Of a stretch of DNA of 64,000 bases, positions 9,366 through 19,000 are shown one piece after another (position 1 is the stretch's first letter; every line of letters starts with the position of its first letter). The stretch is taken from the NCBI GenBank assembly GCA_041658725.1, contig JBAZZQ010000003.1, forward strand, positions 22,903 through 86,902, read 5' to 3'. The notes under the pieces are model-generated. The model worked only from the letters and a program-made list of their open reading frames with translations, was not told where the DNA came from and did no database searches. The DNA is from Phycisphaerae bacterium. GTDB lineage: Bacteria > Planctomycetota > Phycisphaerae > JAAYCJ01. The translations under genes and the position numbers were made by a program.

Positions 9366-12300
9366 ATGAAAAAGGTGGTTCTGTGTCTGATCGGTCTTGG
9401 GATGGCGTTGACATTCCCAACGCTTGCGGCGGCAACGCCGCCCGCCCTGATCTTTGGGGCGGATTACAACTACAGCGGGATAGTCAAGGCCAACGAAAGC
9501 ATCACGGGGAATACGAACGTCCGCGCCCTTGGGAGCGGCTCGGAAGATTCCTTCGGTTTTTCTTTTCAGATCGCCGACGGGAAGTGGGGCGGCGGGATGG
9601 AGGTGCTTCCGGAGCAATACAGCAGCCGCGTCCGCTATGATGTTCCAGACAATTTCAGCACCAGCAACGGAATGGTGGAAGTCTGGTTCAAGATGACGGG
9701 AACAAACAACAGCGATACCTACCTGATCGACCTGGGAGGCGGAAATTATCTGAAGTGGGAGGTTTCGAGTTTGGACCTGGTGGCGGTGCTGGCGGGGGCG
9801 ACGGTGCGGTACCATGTCGGAAGTATCGACGATAACGCCTGGCACCACGCGGCCATGTCCTGGGGCGACGGCGGCCACTGGAAAACCGGCAAACGGCTGT
9901 GGTTCGACGGCTATGAACGGGCGTGGAACACCGGCCATACGACCGCCTTGAGCGGGGTGACGCACATCGGCGTGGGCGCGCCGAGCTATGGTGGGGTCAC
10001 GGCGATTATCTACGATGAACTGCATGTCTACGATGTTGGCTACAACGATTTGGTGTACTTTGCTCCGAACCAAGGCGAGCCGGGATACTACGGTGAGGTG
10101 GAGCCTCTGGCCACGCCCTATGCAAACCCGCCCGCCCTGATCTTTGGGGCGGATTACAACTACAGCGGGGTGATCAATGCCAACATGAGCATTAATGGAA
10201 GCACCCTGCTCCGTCCTGATGGCTCGGGGGAAGAGGATTCTTTCGGCGATCTGACCTCGGAGGCCACCGGATACGGCAAGTGGGGCGGCGGACTCCGAAT
10301 GGGGCCCAGCAACTGGAACAGCCGCGCCCGCTATGATGTTCCCGACAATTTCAGCACCGCCAATGGGATGGCGGAGGTCTGGTTCAAGATGATGGGGAAC
10401 AATGACAGCGATACCAACCTGATCGATCTTGGAGGTGGGAACTTTTTACGCTGGGAGGCCTCGAGCGGAGATTTGGTGGCCGTATTGGCGGGGGCAACGT
10501 TGCGATACAACGTCGGACAAATTGACAACGATACGTGGCACCACGCGGCCATGTCCTGGGGCGATGGCGGCCACTGGAAAACCGGCAAACGACTGTGGTT
10601 CGATGGCTATGAGCGGGCGTGGAATACCGGCCATACCACCGCCCTGAGCGGCATATCGCATGTCGGTGTGGGCGCGATTAGCTACGGCGGGAACACAGTC
10701 ATTATGTTTGATGAACTGCATGTTTACGATAGCGGCTACAACGATCTGGTGTACTGGTCTCCGAACCAGGGCGAGCCGGGATACTACGCGGAGGTTGGAC
10801 CCTTGATACCGCTTACGTATTCCATCAACACCGCCGCAGGTACACCCTTTAGTCCGGGCGTCCGAGGCCACCATCCTGAATGCATCGGGGTCCATCGCGG
10901 TGAATACACCACAGGAATTCCGAAGCTGTTGCCGGTTTCCGACGGCACGTTCCTGCGGGGCCTAGCGGCGGGCTTGAAGGCCGAAACCTACGACTGGCGC
11001 AACCGCTTTGAGTATGGCGTGCCGGCCAACGGGCTGGGTCAGCCGACGATCGAGTTTCTGCGATACCAGCGGGACCGGAATTCCAGCATGATCAATACCG
11101 TCAACACCCGGGGCCTGACGCGGCAGGTGGGACAAACGTGCGAGTATTATGATACGCGTCTGTCCACGCTGGTGAGCCTGGCGACCGACTGGGTGCGGTA
11201 CACCAACCACATCGTGCAGACGTACCGGCTGGGTGATACGATTTCCGACCCGAGAGATGCGGGCATTGTCAACTCCCTTTCCTGGAAAACACAAGGGGAT
11301 ACGTCCGATCAATTCGAGCCACTGCTTTTCCCCCAGGAAGCCGCAGTGCCCAAAGTGACGTATTGGGAGATCGGCAACGAACCGTCGATGAACTTGTCGG
11401 CAACTAATTCCTACACCCTGACCCCTGCTCAATTTCATGATCGGTACGCGGCGATCGCGGCGGCGATGAAGGCCGAAGACCCGACCATCAAGGTCGGCCC
11501 CAGTGACCTACCGGGTGGCGATTACATCAATGCGGTCGTGTCGGATCTCAGTTTGCCCGTGGACGTTGTCTATTACCACACGGTCTTCCGGGGCAACCTT
11601 GGGACAACCAATGTGGACGACATTATATCCCTTCTGAACGGTATCTACTGGGATGAAAGGAGCGTTATGGACCCGATTGTCGCCATCATTGCCGCCAGCG
11701 GACGTGATCCCGCGACCATTCCCCTGGCGATTACGGAATGGAACCCGGACTATGCCTATATGGATGCCCCTTCGATCGGACGCATGGCGCAAGCTCTGGG
11801 ATGCATGCAGGCGGTCTTCAGTTTTGCTCGGATGGGGATATTCGATGCCAATTACCTCAAGTGGCCGGCGGATACCCGGGACGGCATGGAGTACCCGGTT
11901 TACAAGGCTTGGCAGGTCCTCAACGACCACATGGGCGACACATTGGTTGACTTCTGGAACGAAGCGTGTTTCCAACTTTATACCACGAAAGATAACGCGA
12001 CGGGCCAAGTGGCGGTCTGGGGCCTGAACTTCAGCAATACCACCGACAAGACCATGCAGATATCCCTTGACCAACTCCCGCCAGGAGCGACCAATGTCAC
12101 ATGGAAGCATCTGGGGGCACTTTCCGGTCTCTCCACATTATTGACCGGGAATATTTCTGCGTACGATGCGGGTGGCCCTCAGGTGAATGTGGATTGGAAG
12201 ACTTGGGATTTAAGCGGCATCTCGACCTCAAGCCTGACGTTCCATGTTCCCCGCGCGAGCATGTGCGTGCTACTAGTCGGTTCACCGTCATTGAAGGTCA

Positions 12301-13463
12301 GCCCGCAGACCCAGACGGTCTTCTGGCCGGCCGCGCAATTCAACATCACCGTGAACAATTCCGGGGCTGGAACCCTGGATTGGACTGCCGCAGTCATCTC
12401 CGGAGCGAGCTGGCTTTCCATTGGCACGACCAGCGGGACCGACCACGGGACAATTACCGTCAGCGCCGATGAAAACTCCACCGCTGCCGCCCGAACGGGA
12501 ATCATCCGTGTAACGTCCGGTGCCGTATCCAAAGACGTGACGGTGGTGCAATCCACCATGCCGCCGACTTCGAACATCACTTCGCCGCTCCAGGACAATA
12601 CGTCCACCGCTCCGGCTACTATTGCCATCACGGATAATGCCACCGATAGCAACGGCACGATCAACAAGGTGGAATTCTACAACAACGACGTCTTGCTGGG
12701 CACAGATAACAACAGTTCCGGCGGATGGACCTACAGTTGGGCGAACGTGGCGGCCAGCGGCGACCATGGAATCAGTCTGACCGCGAAAGCCTACGATAAC
12801 GACAACATGAGTACGACGTCCAACCCAGTCACCATTACCGTCACTGACAGTGCCCTCAAGTGTTATTGGAAGCTCGACAATACGAGTGGCACTACGGCGG
12901 TCGACTCATCGGGCATCGGCAACGTCGGCACCACGTACAACAGCCCAAGTTGGGTGACGGGAAAGATAAGCAACTGCCTATCTTTTGATGGTTCCAACGA
13001 TTACGTCCAGAAAACCAGTGCTTCGAGTCTGCCGGCCGCCAACGCCAACCAGACCGAGTGTTTCTGGTTCTATGTCTCAAGTAACCCTTCAGCCAAGAAG
13101 ACCGCTCTGGCTGTTACGGGCAGTTCCTCAGCCGTCAATATCGGGTTTGTGAGTAGTAGCGGGATGAAGTTCGGAGTGTGGAAGTATAACAACACCGTCC
13201 TGGTCAAGGCCGCCATGCCCGCGGCCGGGGCCTGGCATCATGCTGCCTACACAAAGAGCGGCAGCACCAACACCTTGTACATCGACGGTTCTCCGGTAAA
13301 TACCTCCACCACGAGCACCAATACGGCGTCGGCGACGACAATCAACGCCGGACGTACTGCCAGCGGCGCGTACTATTGGCCTGGTAAATTGGATGAAATC
13401 CGCATCTATAACCGAGCTTTGTCGGCGACGGAAATTGCCGCCTTGGCGCAAGGCAAACAATAG
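9366..13463 (+). CDS. Secreted multidomain glycoside hydrolase: signal peptide, 2x LamG-like modules, GH-A clan (GH39/GH30-like) TIM-barrel domain, BACON-like domain, Ig-like domain, C-terminal Laminin_G_3 domain
   Basis: - 1365 aa with a signal peptide (MKKVVLCLIGLGMALTFPTLAAA).
- Two ~220-aa repeats carrying WHHAAMSWGD, KRLWFDG and YDELHVYD (LamG-like).
- GH-A clan acid/base motif YWEIGNEPS and nucleophile motif LAITEWNPDY.
- BACON-like segment SWLSIGTTSGTDHGTITVSADENSTAAARTGIIRV...VTVVQ.
- C-terminal LamG signature LDEIRIYNRALSATEI. Confidence 0.85.
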   Translation: MKKVVLCLIGLGMALTFPTLAAATPPALIFGADYNYSGIVKANESITGNTNVRALGSGSEDSFGFSFQIADGKWGGGMEVLPEQYSSRVRYDVPDNFSTSNGMVEVWFKMTGTNNSDTYLIDLGGGNYLKWEVSSLDLVAVLAGATVRYHVGSIDDNAWHHAAMSWGDGGHWKTGKRLWFDGYERAWNTGHTTALSGVTHIGVGAPSYGGVTAIIYDELHVYDVGYNDLVYFAPNQGEPGYYGEVEPLATPYANPPALIFGADYNYSGVINANMSINGSTLLRPDGSGEEDSFGDLTSEATGYGKWGGGLRMGPSNWNSRARYDVPDNFSTANGMAEVWFKMMGNNDSDTNLIDLGGGNFLRWEASSGDLVAVLAGATLRYNVGQIDNDTWHHAAMSWGDGGHWKTGKRLWFDGYERAWNTGHTTALSGISHVGVGAISYGGNTVIMFDELHVYDSGYNDLVYWSPNQGEPGYYAEVGPLIPLTYSINTAAGTPFSPGVRGHHPECIGVHRGEYTTGIPKLLPVSDGTFLRGLAAGLKAETYDWRNRFEYGVPANGLGQPTIEFLRYQRDRNSSMINTVNTRGLTRQVGQTCEYYDTRLSTLVSLATDWVRYTNHIVQTYRLGDTISDPRDAGIVNSLSWKTQGDTSDQFEPLLFPQEAAVPKVTYWEIGNEPSMNLSATNSYTLTPAQFHDRYAAIAAAMKAEDPTIKVGPSDLPGGDYINAVVSDLSLPVDVVYYHTVFRGNLGTTNVDDIISLLNGIYWDERSVMDPIVAIIAASGRDPATIPLAITEWNPDYAYMDAPSIGRMAQALGCMQAVFSFARMGIFDANYLKWPADTRDGMEYPVYKAWQVLNDHMGDTLVDFWNEACFQLYTTKDNATGQVAVWGLNFSNTTDKTMQISLDQLPPGATNVTWKHLGALSGLSTLLTGNISAYDAGGPQVNVDWKTWDLSGISTSSLTFHVPRASMCVLLVGSPSLKVSPQTQTVFWPAAQFNITVNNSGAGTLDWTAAVISGASWLSIGTTSGTDHGTITVSADENSTAAARTGIIRVTSGAVSKDVTVVQSTMPPTSNITSPLQDNTSTAPATIAITDNATDSNGTINKVEFYNNDVLLGTDNNSSGGWTYSWANVAASGDHGISLTAKAYDNDNMSTTSNPVTITVTDSALKCYWKLDNTSGTTAVDSSGIGNVGTTYNSPSWVTGKISNCLSFDGSNDYVQKTSASSLPAANANQTECFWFYVSSNPSAKKTALAVTGSSSAVNIGFVSSSGMKFGVWKYNNTVLVKAAMPAAGAWHHAAYTKSGSTNTLYIDGSPVNTSTTSTNTASATTINAGRTASGAYYWPGKLDEIRIYNRALSATEIAALAQGKQ

Positions 13464-13707
13464 AACGGACCAATACTGTTCATGCTTATAAGTAGGCAAT
13501 CAGCAGTGTAGCCGAAACTAAGCAAGACGATCAAAACGGTGGGTCGAAAGACCTGCCGTTTTCTTATTCCAAGATCGATTTGACCATCGTTCAAATTCTG
13601 GGACTTAAAAGCGCGTAAAGACTTTGCATTAGACGTGAGTTGTTTAAAATGCCATCTCTCAAAATTGTACTGATAATATATTGTCATTAATATGCTTAAA
13701 AAAATCT

Positions 13708-13841
13708 CGTAACCGTTCAGGCCACCTTCCGTCATTGCGAGCGCAGCGAAGCAATCTCGTAATGACGCCGGTTAATGAAGGAACGAGATTGCTTCGTCGC
13801 TGCGCTCCTCGCAATGACCACGAGGTGGTCTGAACGGATAC
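13708..13841. mobile_element. MITE-like element (~134 bp) with imperfect terminal inverted repeats and a 7-bp flanking direct repeat
   Basis: TIR-L CGTAACCGTTCAGGCCACC and TIR-R GGTGGTCTGAACGGATAC match at 16 of 18 positions as reverse complements. The interior is a further long imperfect palindrome (GTCATTGCGAGCGCAGCGAAGCAATCTCGT / ACGAGATTGCTTCG..CTCGCAATGAC). AAAATCT lies immediately outside both ends. Confidence 0.45.
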
Positions 13842-13922
13842 AAAATCTTATGCCCCAAAAAAAAGGAATATTCGAAAAATTAAGGGCTTGACTTTTATCG
13901 CAAAAGAAATTATATTGGATAG

Positions 13923-13946
13923 TGTAACGTTCAGGTGAACGTTATA
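13923..13946. promoter_or_regulatory. Imperfect palindrome GTAACGTTCA-GG-TGAACGTTAT, candidate LacI autoregulatory operator
   Basis: 10-bp inverted repeat (9/10 match) located 22 bp upstream of the lacI ATG. It is a paralog of the 8852-8876 element. Confidence 0.4.
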
Positions 13947-13967
13947 TTGTAAAGGTAATGTTCCACC

Positions 13968-15008
13968 ATGAAGAAAAGTTCTTTCGCGACAATTCGGGAC
14001 GTAGCGGCGGCGGCTGGGGTGTCCATGACCACAGTGTCAGACATCATTACGGGGCGATCTGATCGGTTTAAGGAAGAGACATTAATGCGGGTCCGCAAGA
14101 CGGCGGAAAAGCTCAGTTACCGGCCCCATCTGGGGGCTTCGGCGATGCGAAGCCAACGGTTCAATACCATCGGTCTGATCCTTTCGCAGTCACCGTTTTA
14201 CGAGGCCAAATTAGTTGAGGGCGTGGATGAAGTCGCTCATGCCCGGGAACTCGGGCTCATGCTGGTTCACATCGGCCCTGCGGAAGAGGATTTGCCGAGC
14301 TTGGTTACCCACAACCAGGTGGATGGGTTGATCGTGGACTGGACCTCTCCGAAGAAGATCGGAGTGGCAATTGAGAACTATCGTATTCCCGCCGTCTGGG
14401 TCAACAACGATCAGCATGCCCCGGAGAACTGCATCTGGCCGGACGACGAGGCGGGCGGGCGAATGGCCACGGAACATCTGATTGCTCTTGGTCATCGGCG
14501 AATCGCATTTTTGCGAGTTCCCCAGGCCATGCACCCTAGTCAGGAATTTCGATTGAAGGGTTATTGCCAAGCGTTGACCGAGGCGGGTTTGGAGCCCCGG
14601 GTGATCGACTGCGAGTGCTTGGATTTTCCCTTGGATATACCCACGGATCCGAATTGCTTTAAGAACCGGTTCTCACACCCGGAGATATGGGCGGACATGG
14701 AAACGGGATCCTGGCCCACGGCGTTTGTCTGTTACAGCACCTTGACCGCCCTGGAGCTATACGCCGCCTGCCAGCGTAAGGGCGTCGAGGTCCAGAAAGC
14801 CTTCGCCGTGGTGTCCTGTGACGAGCTTTTGGAGCGGGTGGAAATCGCGTATCCCGCCATCACCACCGTGGTGGTGGACCATGCCCTGATGGGGCGTCTG
14901 GCCGTGGACATGCTCTGCGAACGGATCGAAAACAATGGCAAGGCCGTTCCCAGCAAGATACTGCCGCTCCGATTAAATGTCCGGGAGTCCAGTTTCAAAA
15001 TGCCCTAA
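13968..15008 (+). CDS. LacI-family transcriptional regulator
   Basis: 346 aa. N-terminal HTH reads ATIRDVAAAAGVSMTTVSDII, followed by a periplasmic-binding-protein-like sugar-binding fold. Confidence 0.9.
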   Translation: MKKSSFATIRDVAAAAGVSMTTVSDIITGRSDRFKEETLMRVRKTAEKLSYRPHLGASAMRSQRFNTIGLILSQSPFYEAKLVEGVDEVAHARELGLMLVHIGPAEEDLPSLVTHNQVDGLIVDWTSPKKIGVAIENYRIPAVWVNNDQHAPENCIWPDDEAGGRMATEHLIALGHRRIAFLRVPQAMHPSQEFRLKGYCQALTEAGLEPRVIDCECLDFPLDIPTDPNCFKNRFSHPEIWADMETGSWPTAFVCYSTLTALELYAACQRKGVEVQKAFAVVSCDELLERVEIAYPAITTVVVDHALMGRLAVDMLCERIENNGKAVPSKILPLRLNVRESSFKMP

Positions 15009-15087
15009 CGAGATTTTAGTTTCAAATTCGCCGGGTTGTGTTGATCCGGAGGGGTTGAAACAAAATGTATAACAAAGGAGTACGAAA

Positions 15088-15912
15088 ATGAAAAGTGTGG
15101 TATTGGGTCTGATCGGTCTTGGGATGGTGTTGATATTCCCGACGCTTGTAGCGGCAACGCCGGACTACCTGGTCTTTGGGGCGGATTACAACTACAGCGG
15201 GGTGGTCAACGCCAACGAAAGCATTACGGGAAGCACGGTGATCCGTCCGCAGGGATTAACTGACGGCGATTCCTTTGGAACGATCACTCAGGTCGCGGGT
15301 GGGAAATACGGCGGAGGGATGTTGGTGGCACCCAACGAGAATAATCAGCGAACCCGGTATGATGTGCCCAGCGGGTTCAGCACCAGCAACGGGATGGCGG
15401 AAGTCTGGTTTAAACTCGAATCGGCCGATAAGATTACTCTGCTCGATCTGGGTGGGGACAACCTTGTGCGGTGGGACCCCGGCAACGGCAACCTGAACAC
15501 CTATTTGGGTTCGGCTGGCCTGTACTGGTACGCGGGGAATATCGCCGACGGCAATTGGCACCACCTGGCCGTGAGTTGGGGCGACTCAGCCAATTGGAAG
15601 AAAGGTAAACGGGTGTGGTTCGACGGTGCGAACGTGGCTTGGAACGATGGCGATTACTCTCTCTTGAACCCAACTTCTTATATCGGCACCCAGGAAGCAA
15701 ATGCTGCCGGGGGCGGGAACGTTTATTTTGATGAACTCCATGTCTATGGTCCAGGCTGGCAGAACCTCGTGTACTTTGCTCCGGGCCAAGTCGCGCCGGG
15801 TTACGTCGGCGAAATCACCGGGTTGGCCGCGGCCGTACCCGAGCCGGCAACCTTGATTTTATTGATGTCGGGATTAGTCGGTTTCATCGTCCGCAGACGA
15901 ACCATCGCATAA
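15088..15912 (+). CDS. Secreted LamG-like module protein with PEP-CTERM sorting signal
   Basis: 274 aa. Has a signal peptide and one copy of the ADYNYSGVVNANESITGS...WHHLAVSWGD...KRVWFDG...FDELHVYG module. C-terminus is VPEPATLILLMSGLVGFIVRRRTIA (PEP motif, TM helix, basic tail). AGGAG RBS. Confidence 0.85.
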   Translation: MKSVVLGLIGLGMVLIFPTLVAATPDYLVFGADYNYSGVVNANESITGSTVIRPQGLTDGDSFGTITQVAGGKYGGGMLVAPNENNQRTRYDVPSGFSTSNGMAEVWFKLESADKITLLDLGGDNLVRWDPGNGNLNTYLGSAGLYWYAGNIADGNWHHLAVSWGDSANWKKGKRVWFDGANVAWNDGDYSLLNPTSYIGTQEANAAGGGNVYFDELHVYGPGWQNLVYFAPGQVAPGYVGEITGLAAAVPEPATLILLMSGLVGFIVRRRTIA

Positions 15913-16040
15913 GCTAAAAACGATTTATCAGCCGGACCGCCTTCGCAAGCGATCCGGCTCTTTGAGGCACGTGTCCCAGATCGGTCCGAGGTTGTCGCCT
16001 CGGCGAAGCAAGGTATATAATTACATAAAGGAGAATCAAG

Positions 16041-19000
16041 ATGGGTACGAGAAAAATTGGTTATGGAGTGATGTTGGTGTCCTTGTCGATCATTCTTGCC
16101 CACACGGCGGTTTCGCAAGCAACGCCGGATTATCTAATCTTTGGGGCCGATTACAACTACAGCGGGGTGGTCAATGCCAATGAAAGTATTACTGGAAGCA
16201 CTGAACTCCGGCCGGAGGGCTCGGGGGGAGGAGACTCCCAAGGTACGATAACCCAGGTCACCGGGGGAAAATACGGAGGGGGTATGTTGGTGGCCGCCAT
16301 GGGGAATGATCAGCGGACGCGGTATAGTCTGCCCAGTGGGTACGACGCTTACAACGGGATGGTGGAAGTCTGGTTTAAAACGTCTAATGCGGACGATAAG
16401 CTTACCCTGCTCGTTGTGGGTGAGGACAACCTTGTGCGCTGGGATCCAAGCACTGGCAACCTGACTGCCTACCTAGGCTCGGCCGGCATGACCTGGTACG
16501 CGGGGAATATCGCCGACGGTAATTGGCACCACGTGGCCTTGAGTTGGGGTGATTCCGCCAATTGGAAGAAAGGCAAACGGCTGTGGTTTGACGGTGCAAA
16601 CGTGGCGTGGAGCGATACGAACTACTCCGTCATGAACCCGGCTACTTATCTCGGTACTCAAGAAGGAAATGCCGCCGGTGGCAATGGAGACGTTTATTTT
16701 GATGAGCTGCATCTCTATGGTCCAGGCTGGCAGAACCTTGTGTATAACTTGGGCGGAGCGCCGGGTTATTTCGGCGAAGTCGGTCCGTTGGCCGAGGCCC
16801 TCCCGGGAACAACCCCGGTGGGTATGGTCTTTGGCGCCGATTACAATTCCGCCGGGATCATCAATGCCAATACGAGCTCAACGGCCAGCAAGAACGTCCG
16901 TGCCCCTGGGAGCGGACCGGAAGATTCCTACGGTCTTTCTTTCCAGCTTGCCGACGGGAAATGGGGCGGCGGGATGAAGGTGCTGCCGGACCAAAGCAAC
17001 AGCCGCGTCCGCTATGATGTTCCAAGCGGTTTCAGCTCCGACAACGGGATGGTGGAAGTCTGGTTCAAGATGACGGGAACCAACAACAGTGACACCAACC
17101 TGATCGACCTGGGGGGCGGGAATTTCCTGCGGTGGGAGGTTTCCAGCGGAGACCTGGTGGCGGCGATGGGGGCGGCGGTAGTGCGATACAACGTCGGGCG
17201 AATCGACGACAATACCTGGCACCATGCGGCCATCTCCTGGGGTGCAGGCGGCACATGGAAACGGGGTAAACGACTGTGGTTTGATGGTGCGAACCGAAAT
17301 TGGAACGATGGCGACTTCACCCCCTTGAGCGGCGTGACGCATATCGGCATAGGTGCGCCAGGCTATGGCGGCGGGGATACGGCAATTATTTACGATGAGC
17401 TTCATGTCTATGACGTTCGCTACAATGACTTGGTGTACTTGGCTCCGAGCCAAGGCGAGCCTGGATACTCCGCGACGATTGGTCCCTTGTTTCCGGCTCT
17501 TGCCACCCCAACCACGGTCTATACCATCAACACCGCCGGGGGCACGTCCTTTAGTCCGGGCGTCCGAGGTCACCATCCCGAATGTGTCGGTGTCCATCGC
17601 GGGGAATACCTCCGGGGCATTCCGAAGGTCCTGGCGGTCTCGGACGGTACGTTCCTGAGGGGTCTGGCGGCCGGGATGAAGGCCGAGACCTACGATTGGC
17701 GAAACCGGTTTGAATATGGTGTGCCCGCGAACGGACTGGGCCAACCGACGATTGATTTCCTGCGTTATCAACGGGATCGAAACTCCACGATGATCAACAC
17801 CGTCAACACCCGGGGCTTGACGCGGCAGTCGGGAACGACCTGCGAATATTACGACACGAACATTACTACCTTAACGAACCTGGCCGCTGATTGGGTTCGC
17901 TACACTAACCACATCGTGCCGACGTATCGGCTGGGCAATACGATCACCGACCCGAGAGACGCGGGGATTCTCAACTCCCTTTCCTGGAAGACGGAGGGTG
18001 ATACGGCGGATCAATTTGAACCCCTGCTTTTCGCCCAGGAAAGCGCGGTCCCCAAAGTCATGTACTGGGAGATCGGAAATGAACCATCCTCGAACTTGTC
18101 GGCGACCAATTCCTATGTGTTGACCCCGGCCCAATATCGGGCTCGGTATCAGGCAATCACGGCGGCGATGAAGGCCGAAGATACGACCATCAAAGTCGGT
18201 CCGAGCGACGTGACGGCCGGAACTTACATTGACGAGGTCGTGTCGGATTCTTCTTTGCCGGTGGACATCGTTTATTATCACGCGACCTTTAGCGGCGATC
18301 TCGGGTCGCTTACCGATTCAAGTCAAATTCAAAACTTCTTGAACAACATCTATAGCGGTCAGCAGAGCCTCAAGAATGGGATTACGTCGATCATTTCCGC
18401 CAGCGGGCGAGACCCTGCAACCATTCCTCTGGCGATTACGGAATGGAACCCGAACTATTCATTGGCGGATACCCCTTCTGTCGGACGCATGTCGCACGCT
18501 CTGGGGTGCATGGAGACGGTGTTCAGCTTTGCCCGGCTGGGAATCTTCGATGCCAATTACCTCAAGTACCCGGCGGATTGCCGGGACGGGATGGAGTACC
18601 CGGTCTATAAGGCTTGGCAGGCTCTCAACGACCACATGGGCGATGTTCTGGTGGACGTCCATACCGAAACCGATTTCCGGATGTACACGACGAAAAACAG
18701 CGCGACGGGCCAGGTGGCGGTCTGGGGCTTGAATTTCAGTGACGCCAACGACAAGACCATGCAAATTACCCTCGACCAACTACCACAAGGTGTTACCAAT
18801 GCCACGTGGATGCGTTTGGGCGCCCTCTCCGGGACCAGCACGTTGCTGAGCGGAAATATATCTTGGTACGATGGCGGCCCTCAAGTGGACGTGGACTGGC
18901 GGACGTGGGACGTGAGCGGCATCTCGACTTCGAGCCTGACGTTCCAGGTTCCCCGCGCGAGCATGTGCGTACTGGTGGTGGGAACCTCGTCGCTAAAGGT

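Larger units (their letters stand above)
8840..9440 (+). repeat. Segmental duplication copy A (lacI remnant + promoter/leader + 5' end of LamG-module gene); paralogous to 13915-15160
   Basis: Nucleotide-level collinearity with 13915-15160 at both ends: operator-like palindrome, ATGAAGAA lacI start, lacI 3' end, CCGGGTTGTGTTGAxCCGGAGGGGTTGAAACAAAATGT leader, AGGAG RBS, and the signal-peptide coding sequence. Confidence 0.75.
13915..15160 (+). repeat. Segmental duplication copy B (intact lacI + leader + 5' end of PEP-CTERM LamG-module gene)
   Basis: See copy A for the collinearity evidence. Confidence 0.75.

Noticed and set aside
9351-12767. Several 150-240-aa minus-strand ORFs inside gene A
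   Set aside because: They are antisense to a gene with strong sense-strand domain signatures, and their translations are Arg/Pro/His-rich and low-complexity.
9438-17500. Repeated ~650-nt units considered as a possible CRISPR or tandem-repeat array
   Set aside because: The repeats are long, diverged, in-frame protein-domain duplications with no short spacer-repeat periodicity. No CRISPR-like array exists anywhere in the window.
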